NCBI GenBank assembly: GCA_016217555.1
Contig: JACRHW010000006.1
Location: 18,153 to 82,152 of the forward strand
DNA length: 64,000 nt
Source: Parcubacteria group bacterium
Lineage (GTDB): Bacteria > Patescibacteriota > Minisyncoccia > UBA6257 > JACRHW01
Direction of reading: 5' to 3'
The notes under the pieces are model-generated. The model was not told the origin of the DNA and ran no database searches. It was given only the letters and a program-made list of their open reading frames with translations. A program made the translations under genes and the position numbers. Position 1 is the first letter of the stretch, and each line of letters opens with the position of its first letter. This document shows positions 57,399 to 64,000 of this stretch, piece by piece.

Positions 57399-59246
57399 AT
57401 GGCAAAAAATAGTACAGGAGCTGAACATGTTCGATGGGATCTCGGTATTTTATACTCTGGTCTCGATGATCCACAAATAGATGCAGACGTGCATACGCTT
57501 GTCGAGAAGTGTAAAAATTTTTCGATAGTTTATAGAGGAAAACTTCGAGAAACACTTTCTGGAGCGATTTTAGATTATGCAGAAATGAGTATGCTTCAAG
57601 ACAAGATAATGCTTTTTTTGTATTTAAACCAAAGTACAAACGTTGCCGATGTTGCCATAAAAGCGAAAATTGCTGAAGTAGAGAGGATCATGAGTGAAAT
57701 TTCGGGTGAGTATATGACCTTCTTTATGATTGAACTTGTCGCACTAGACGATGAAGTACTTACCAACTGTTATGCGACGAATCCTCTTGTCGCTCGGCAT
57801 CGTTCGTGGATTGAGCATTGTCGAGTTTTCAAACCGCATCTATTAAGTGAACCTGTTGAATCCGCGCTTATTAAACGTTCACCTTTTGGATCAGGTGCGT
57901 GGAGTGAATTCTTTGATGAATTAGAAGCGGACATCGAGGGAGAATTCCAAGGAGAAAAAAAGACACTTACGGAGCTTCTTCACTTACTTTCTGAATCTAA
58001 AAATAAGGATGAAAGAACCAAACTCCTCCAGGTTATTAATGACAGTCTCAAGGGTACGTTTGCTAAGTATTCAGCACAGACATTGTATATGGTTGCTGGG
58101 GCTACTTCGGTTGAAAATCGTGAGCGTTCTTATAAGCACCCTATGGAAGGGGCCAATAAATCGAATCAAATACCGGATACTGTCGTTGATGTTTTACACG
58201 AAACAGTAAATAGAGTGGCTGGTCCTCTTGCAAGACGCTATTATCGTCTTAAGGCTGCACTTTTGGGCCTACCTATTTTGGGATGGGGTGACCGCAATGC
58301 GCCCATGCCTTTTTCTGATACAACAACTATTCCTTTTGATACTGCGAAGGGGATCGTACTTGCGGCGTATGAAAGTTTTAGTCCAACATCAGCAGAGCTT
58401 GTAAAAACATTTTTCGATCAAAACCATATTGATGCCCCAGGGATTAGGGGTAAACGTGGGGGTGCCTTTAACTACTCTGTGGTTTTGCCGGGCAGTACTC
58501 CCGTGTCTTATGTGTTTCTCAACTATCTTGGTTCAAGTCGGGATGTTATGACACTTGCTCATGAGTTGGGTCATGGGGTGCATGGATTACTTGCGGGTAA
58601 GGCGCAGGGGGCCCTTATGTTTCATGCTCCTACTGCCTACTGTGAAACTGCTTCTGTGTTTGGGGAGATGACAACATTTAACTTTCTCAAGGAACAGCTT
58701 GTTCTAGAAGGGGATAAAAAGTCTCTTCTCGCGCTTGTTATGGGAAAAATAGATGATGTGATTAATACAGCCGTGAGGCAGATTAGTTTTTCTAATTTTG
58801 AGCGGAGACTGCATGGCATGGACTCGTCATATCAAACATGGAGTGAACCAAAGAAGTTTTCTGTGGAGGAGTTAAATGTTCTTTGGCTTGAGACGACAAA
58901 AGAGCTCTACGGAGTCGACGGAGATGTATTTACTTATGAAAATGCAGACCATCTTTGGTCTTATATCTCCCATTTTCATAGACCATTTTACGTTTATGGG
59001 TATGCATTTGGAGAACTTCTTACACAAAGTCTTTATGCAAAGCAAGCTGTGATTGGTGATCGTTTTGAACCGCTTTATCTCGATCTTCTAAAATCTGGAT
59101 CTACAAAAAATGTTATCGAATTACTTGCTCCGTTTGGCCTTGATCCCACAAGGGAAACATTTTGGGTTGACGGTATTGATAATGGTTTGGGAGCAATGGT
59201 TCTCAAGGCTGAAGCATTGGCACACGAATTAGGGCTTTTGCATTAA
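57399..59246 (+). CDS. pepF: oligoendopeptidase F (M3B)
   Basis: Zinc motif HELGHGVH; start at Met9 preceded by AAAGGAG. Confidence 0.85.
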   Translation: MAKNSTGAEHVRWDLGILYSGLDDPQIDADVHTLVEKCKNFSIVYRGKLRETLSGAILDYAEMSMLQDKIMLFLYLNQSTNVADVAIKAKIAEVERIMSEISGEYMTFFMIELVALDDEVLTNCYATNPLVARHRSWIEHCRVFKPHLLSEPVESALIKRSPFGSGAWSEFFDELEADIEGEFQGEKKTLTELLHLLSESKNKDERTKLLQVINDSLKGTFAKYSAQTLYMVAGATSVENRERSYKHPMEGANKSNQIPDTVVDVLHETVNRVAGPLARRYYRLKAALLGLPILGWGDRNAPMPFSDTTTIPFDTAKGIVLAAYESFSPTSAELVKTFFDQNHIDAPGIRGKRGGAFNYSVVLPGSTPVSYVFLNYLGSSRDVMTLAHELGHGVHGLLAGKAQGALMFHAPTAYCETASVFGEMTTFNFLKEQLVLEGDKKSLLALVMGKIDDVINTAVRQISFSNFERRLHGMDSSYQTWSEPKKFSVEELNVLWLETTKELYGVDGDVFTYENADHLWSYISHFHRPFYVYGYAFGELLTQSLYAKQAVIGDRFEPLYLDLLKSGSTKNVIELLAPFGLDPTRETFWVDGIDNGLGAMVLKAEALAHELGLLH

Positions 59247-59251
59247 AACAA

Positions 59252-59282
59252 AAAGAGGCGATAAGCCTCTTTTTTCTTTTGT
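59252..59282 (+). terminator. Rho-independent terminator (bidirectional)
   Basis: AAGAGGCGATAAGCCTCTTTTTTCTTTT. Confidence 0.65.
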
Positions 59283-59819
59283 CTATTTGTTTTTTGTTTT
59301 TACCCCGTTAGAAGCAGAACGCCCAGCGGCTTGCCGCGTGGATGAATGCGGTTTATTTCTAGTGAACGCGGGGTTGAATGCTCCGCGTGAGCTTCTAACG
59401 GGGTTTACTGGTTCAGAGAGATATGCACTCAGTCGTTCATAGACGATGCCTGTTAATCTTCTTGAGACCTCCCTTTTTTTCCAAAATGAGTTGCTATCTG
59501 AAACATCCTTTTTTTGAATTTTAGTTAATTCACGAATAGTCATATATCGTTCGTGTCCAAGGTCAGTATTTGATTTTATATTAATATCTTCTAGCCCCTG
59601 GTAAATTTTTCGTAGATAACCATATTTTGTGATGATATCTAATTCTTGGTTTACCCTTGAACGATTCGAAATACCCTTTGAAAGAACTGCGTCATGTTCG
59701 ATGTGTTCAATGAAATCATGGATAGCTATAAACAAATCAAAACCCGCTGGTGTCTCCAAAACTCCTTTAAATTTCCTGTCTAAATCAAGTTTTCTCTGGT
59801 TCAACGCTTTCATGTGCAT
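59283..59819 (-). CDS. hypothetical protein (3' end runs through a 100-bp hairpin; doubtful)
   Basis: ORF track only. Confidence 0.2.
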   Translation of the reverse strand: MHMKALNQRKLDLDRKFKGVLETPAGFDLFIAIHDFIEHIEHDAVLSKGISNRSRVNQELDIITKYGYLRKIYQGLEDINIKSNTDLGHERYMTIRELTKIQKKDVSDSNSFWKKREVSRRLTGIVYERLSAYLSEPVNPVRSSRGAFNPAFTRNKPHSSTRQAAGRSASNGVKTKNK

Positions 59820-61009
59820 ATTCTACCACAACTATTTAAAAATAGCCAGAAAAGCCATTTTCGTATTTTTGTCGACTTCACAAGAGATTTTAATACCCGA
59901 GGTGTAACTATCAAGATCGACCCTTCAATGATTACATCCACTTGACATACTTGTTTATTTGAATACAATAAGAGAACAAACAATGATAAATAGTAGAGAA
60001 CAATTTCACGGCTTTTGAGGGATGGGTTTTTTATATACCCTTCTGTATGCCGCTGTTCTCCTAGAAGCGGTATTTTTTTAGCTCGTTAGCTCGTTAGCTC
60101 GTTAGGAAATCCTAAGAAGCTCATAAGCTAGGAAGCTAATCGGAAGATGATGGTGAGGACTGATGTTTGAAAAGTGAACGTAATTTCGTAGATCGCATTT
60201 TCCCATCGATCGGCCTCACAATATTTTATTATGAGGAGAATCGAAGGGTATATTTTAAAGATCAAACGATTTCCCCAAGTCCTTGCATGTAGTCGTAAAA
60301 GACGATGGCAAGGCTATTGTATGAAATACACCCTTCCAGGTGTCATGCAATAAATCCCGTTAGAGACAGAGGCATTGCGAGTCTTCGTGGTCTCTAACGG
60401 GATAAATATCTATCTGGTTGGATACGGGTAATAATAAGGGCACACGGTGGATGCCTAGACACTAAAAGGCGATGAAGGACGTAGCGTAGCTGCGATAAGT
60501 CTCGGGGAGGTGCGTAGCAACCTTTGATCCGGGAATTTCCGAATGGGGCAACCCAACACAGCAAACCTGTGTTACATGACTACTTGATAGCATGTGCAAA
60601 CCCGCTGAAGTGAAACATCTCAGTAAGCGGAGGACAAGAAAAAATTTTTTATTTCCTTAGTAGCGGCGAGCGAAAAGGAAACAGCCTAAACTTATCGATT
60701 TGAAGCAATTTAAATTGGTAAGGGTTGTAGGGGAAAACACTTTTTAACTTTTTAGTTTTTAGTCTTCTGGTCTTTACTGATCAGAGGCTAAAAGCTAAAA
60801 GCTAAAATAAAGAGTTACAAAATAATTTTTTAGCTGAATCTGTCTGGAAAGCAGAGCCAAAGAGGGTGATGGCCCCGTAAGCGAAAAGAAATTATCTCTT
60901 GTTTTTTAATCTTCTGAGCAATTGGAAGGTATCCCTAAGTACACCGACAAACGCAAGCGTTGGTGGAAGCATCCCACACTACAGGGAAAGGCTAAATACT
61001 TTTAGTGAT

Positions 61010-61046
<37 letters not shown>

Positions 61047-61176
61047 TAGGCCGGAAGGTCGGTGAAATAGAACCTGAAACCGTGTGCTTACAAGGAATCG
61101 GAGCTCGCCGCAAGGTGAGTGACGGTGTGCCTATTGAAGAATGAGTCAGCGAGTTATTTTGCATTGCTCGTTTAAC

Positions 61177-61237
61177 CCCGCCCTCTGTGCGTGTAGTTCT
61201 TTTTTCAAAGAAAGGAAACGTGCTTAGAGGGCGGGGG
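61177..61237 (+). other. IVS-like hairpin insertion in 23S with stem CCCCGCCCTCT / AGAGGGCGGGG
   Basis: Absent from E. coli alignment; same stem sequence as the insertion at 61819-61917. Confidence 0.5.
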
Positions 61238-61818
61238 GAGGCAGAGCGAAAGCGAGTCTTAATAGGGCGTAGCATTATCAGCTCTTTAGCTCTTTAGTCT
61301 AATAGTTTAATAGAATTTCTAATGAGCTAGCGGATTAATCGGCTAATGAGCTTATATTGCAGGCAGTGCGAAACAGACCCGAAGCCGGGTGAGCTTGCCG
61401 TGGCCAGGATGAACTTCGACGAAAGTCGAAGAGAGGTCCGAACCGGTTGGTTGTGCAAAACCTTCGGATGAGTCGCGGCAAGGAGTGAAAAGCTAATCGA
61501 ACTCGGTAATAGCTGGTTCTCTCCGAAATAGTTCTAGGACTAGCCTTGGGACAACTACGTGTGGGGGGTAGAGCACTGGATGATTGGTAAAGGGCTTCGG
61601 CTCGGCCGATCAATCAAACTCCGAATACCCATACGACTATCCCGGGAGTTAGACTGTGGGGGCTAAGCTCCATGGTCAAAAGGGCATGAACCCTGATCTT
61701 CATCTAAGGTCCCTAAATTTAGACTAAGTGTAAAGGAAGTGATAAGCCGAAGACAGATGGAAGGTTGGCTTAGAGGTAGCCATCCTTTAAAGAGTGTGTA
61801 ACAACTCACCATCATATC

Positions 61819-61917
61819 CCGCCCTCTAAGCTCTTTGATTTTTGTTTAATTTATATGACGAAGATTAAAGCAGATTAAGAGGATAATGCCCTAAATCGAA
61901 GGGCATAGAGGGCGGGA
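61819..61917 (+). other. IVS-like hairpin insertion in 23S with stem CCCGCCCTCT / AGAGGGCGGG
   Basis: Absent from E. coli alignment; nested GCCCTAAATCGAAGGGC hairpin. Confidence 0.5.
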
Positions 61918-62742
61918 TTGGCTCATTGCGCCCAAGATTTATCGGGACTAAGTCTAATACCGAAGATAAGAATTTCAATGTTTTATTACATTGATCTGGT
62001 AGGAGAGCATTTCAAGTGCTGCGAAGGTTGATTCGTGAGGACGACTGGAGCGCTTGGAAGAGAGAATGCTGATATGAGTAACCACAAGCACGATGAGAAT
62101 TCGTGCCCCCGTAAATCCAAGGTTTCCGTGGCAATGGAAGTCAGCCACGGGTTAGGCGACCCTAAGGCAATGGTGAAAACCGCAGCCGATGGACAGCCGG
62201 TTAATATTCCGGCCCTCTACTATAACGTTCGATGGAGTGACGGAGGAAATAAGTGGGAAGGGATCAATGGTTATTCCCTCATTGGAGTCAAGAGCTGTGC
62301 ACTAGGCAAATCCGGTGCACTACCTTTCATGGTGAAGTTCGGACTTTGAAGATAGCTTGGATTATATCTAAGCAATTCCCGTGAAGAGCCTTCCGAGAAA
62401 ACCTTCTAAGAGTTAAGGTATAGTGGATTCGTACTGTAAACCGACACAGGTGGATGAGGCGAGTAGCCTCAGGGGAACGGGTGATTTCTCGTTAAGGAAC
62501 TCGGCAAAAAAGCGACCGTAACTTCGGGATAAGGTCTGCCCCGCGCAAGTGGGGCCGCAGCGAAAGTTTCCCTAGCGACTGTTTACCAAAAACACAGCTC
62601 CCTGCTAACTCGTAAGAGGATGTATAGGGGGTGACGCCTGACCAATGCGAGAAGGTTAACGGTGCAGGTGTGTGCAGCAATGTACATGCTTAGTGCCCGA
62701 AGCCCTCGTCAATGTCGGCGATAACTATAATCGTCCAAAGGT

Positions 62743-63012
62743 GAATTGCATTGCCTTTGTAAAATCTAGCTATATGCTGGAAACTCTGAAGTATCCGGTA
62801 CTACTTGAAAAAGTAAAAATGTATCCGGTGCAGACAACCAGCAGGAAAGATTTCATGGTTTTTATGCTATGAAAAATCCTCAGAGACTACACGCTAGATC
62901 CGCTAGTTTGCGGAAAGACATAGTCCGAACTCTATGGCGACATAGAGAGATAGGCAGAAATGTTCTATCCAGAATCATGGAGATTTGTTTCCAGATTCTA
63001 GTAACATAATTG
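62743..63012 (+). other. probable group I intron at 23S position 1931 (E. coli numbering)
   Basis: Removal restores ..CCAAAGGU|AGCGCAACUCCUUGUCGGG (cf. CCUAAGGU|AGCGAAAUUCCUUGUCGGG); 5' exon ends in U paired to IGS GCCUUUG (7-bp P1 with U-G); intron ends in G. Confidence 0.6.
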
Positions 63013-63506
63013 AGCGCAACTCCTTGTCGGGTAAATTCCGACGTGCATGAATGGCGTAACGACTGGGGAACTGTCTCAACGAGAAGCCCGGTGAAAATGC
63101 GACACCAGCGAAGACGCTGGTACCCTATAGCGGGACGAAAAGACCCCGGGAGCTTTACTGTAGCTTGATATTGGGTTTACGTCTTAACTACGTAGCGTAG
63201 TGAGGAGAGGTTGAAGGTTCGATTTCGGTTGGACTGGACTCGTCAATGAAACACTCATTTTTTAAGATGTATATTCTAACCTTTACGGAAAAACCGTGAG
63301 GGGACAGTGTCTGGTGGGCAGTTTTCGTGGGGCGCGATCCTCCCAAAGAGTAACGGAGGAGTTTATCAAGGTCAGCTTAGCTTGGATGGAAATCAAGCTG
63401 GACGTGTAAAGGCACAAGCTGGCTTAACGGCAAGGCATACAAGCCGCGCCGATGCGAAAGCAGAACTTAGTGACCCGATGGTCCTTTGTAGAAAGGCCTG
63501 AGACAT

Positions 63507-63542
<36 letters not shown>

Positions 63543-63673
63543 GGTCCGAGAGTCCCTATCGACGACCAGGTTCGGCACCTCGATGTCGGCTCATCTTATC
63601 CTGGGACTGAAGAAGGCCCCAAGGGTTTGGCTGTTCGCCAATTAAAAAGATACGCGAGCTGGGTTCAAACCGT

Positions 63674-63973
63674 TAAGAGACTAATTTCATGTATTTGAGA
63701 TTGATTTTGGTTTTTTAACAGTTTGAACCCCGAGGACAAAGACATAATAACGGCGGCATCTAAACAGTAATGTTTGGTGAAAAGCTAACTAATATCGGTG
63801 AAATCCTTATACAATCAATGAGGACAATACCGAGGGAACGCTTCCAAAAGAAGTAGCCCGTAGAGACTTATACGTTAGCCATCCTTAATGTGAGGATGAA
63901 GATATAGTCCAATGCACATAGTAATATGTGGAAATCCTTCTTGGTTTAAAATATCCATAGAAGGACTAACATG
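63674..63973 (+). other. probable intron (group I-like) at 23S position 2593
   Basis: Removal restores GGGUUCAAACCGU|CGUGAGACAG (cf. GGGUUUAGAACGU|CGUGAGACAG); 5' exon ends in U, insert ends in G; internal GUUUGAACC complementary to exon GGUUCAAAC. Confidence 0.5.
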
Positions 63974-64000
63974 CGTGAGACAGGTTGGTCTCTATCTGCT

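Noticed and set aside
59283-59819. Minus-strand ORF upstream of 23S as a homing-endonuclease or intron-encoded protein
   Set aside because: It lies outside the rRNA gene, has no LAGLIDADG/GIY-YIG/HNH motifs, and its 3' third is a translated hairpin.

Overview
This is a 64-kb fragment of a low-GC (about 40 %) bacterial chromosome. I infer it comes from an uncultivated CPR/Patescibacteria-like organism, because the housekeeping genes are divergent, there are many short ORFs, Shine-Dalgarno sites are weak, and the 23S rRNA is unlinked from any 16S and rich in insertions. About 60 genes are almost all on the + strand. Housekeeping calls: nfo, nth, two mreB paralogs, mreC-mreD-mrdA, holB-like, mnmA, lepA, frr, rseP, proS, greA, lysS, serS, alr, rnr, pepF, a PGM/PMM, an NRAMP transporter and an MFS transporter. 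There is a type II R-M cassette: a Dam-like N6A methyltransferase next to a putative endonuclease interrupted by one in-frame TAG. There is a tRNA-Gln(UUG). The 5' approx. 3.6 kb of a 23S rRNA carries two probable group I introns (E. coli sites 1931 and 2593) plus IVS-like hairpin insertions. The most interesting part is a approx. 12-kb locus (1.9-14.9 kb). It joins a TerY-P-like signalling triad to an enzyme set that points to an undescribed nucleotide-derived metabolite pathway. The triad is two vWA paralogs, a stand-alone copy of their C-terminal domain, a J-like (no HPD) domain fused to a Ser/Thr kinase, and a CX5R phosphatase. The enzymes are a PurA-like ligase whose aspartate-binding Arg loop is replaced, a truncated pyruvate-kinase-like barrel, a GATase1/C26 enzyme, two GCS2 amidoligases and a HIT protein. 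The window is also dense in structured intergenic repeats: a MITE-like family flanking the R-M cassette, a second family whose closing helices differ entirely between copies, a hairpin family, a 107-bp palindromic element present as an inverted pair bracketing 19.5 kb, and duplicated leader modules abutting start codons. No CRISPR array, 16S or 5S rRNA was seen.
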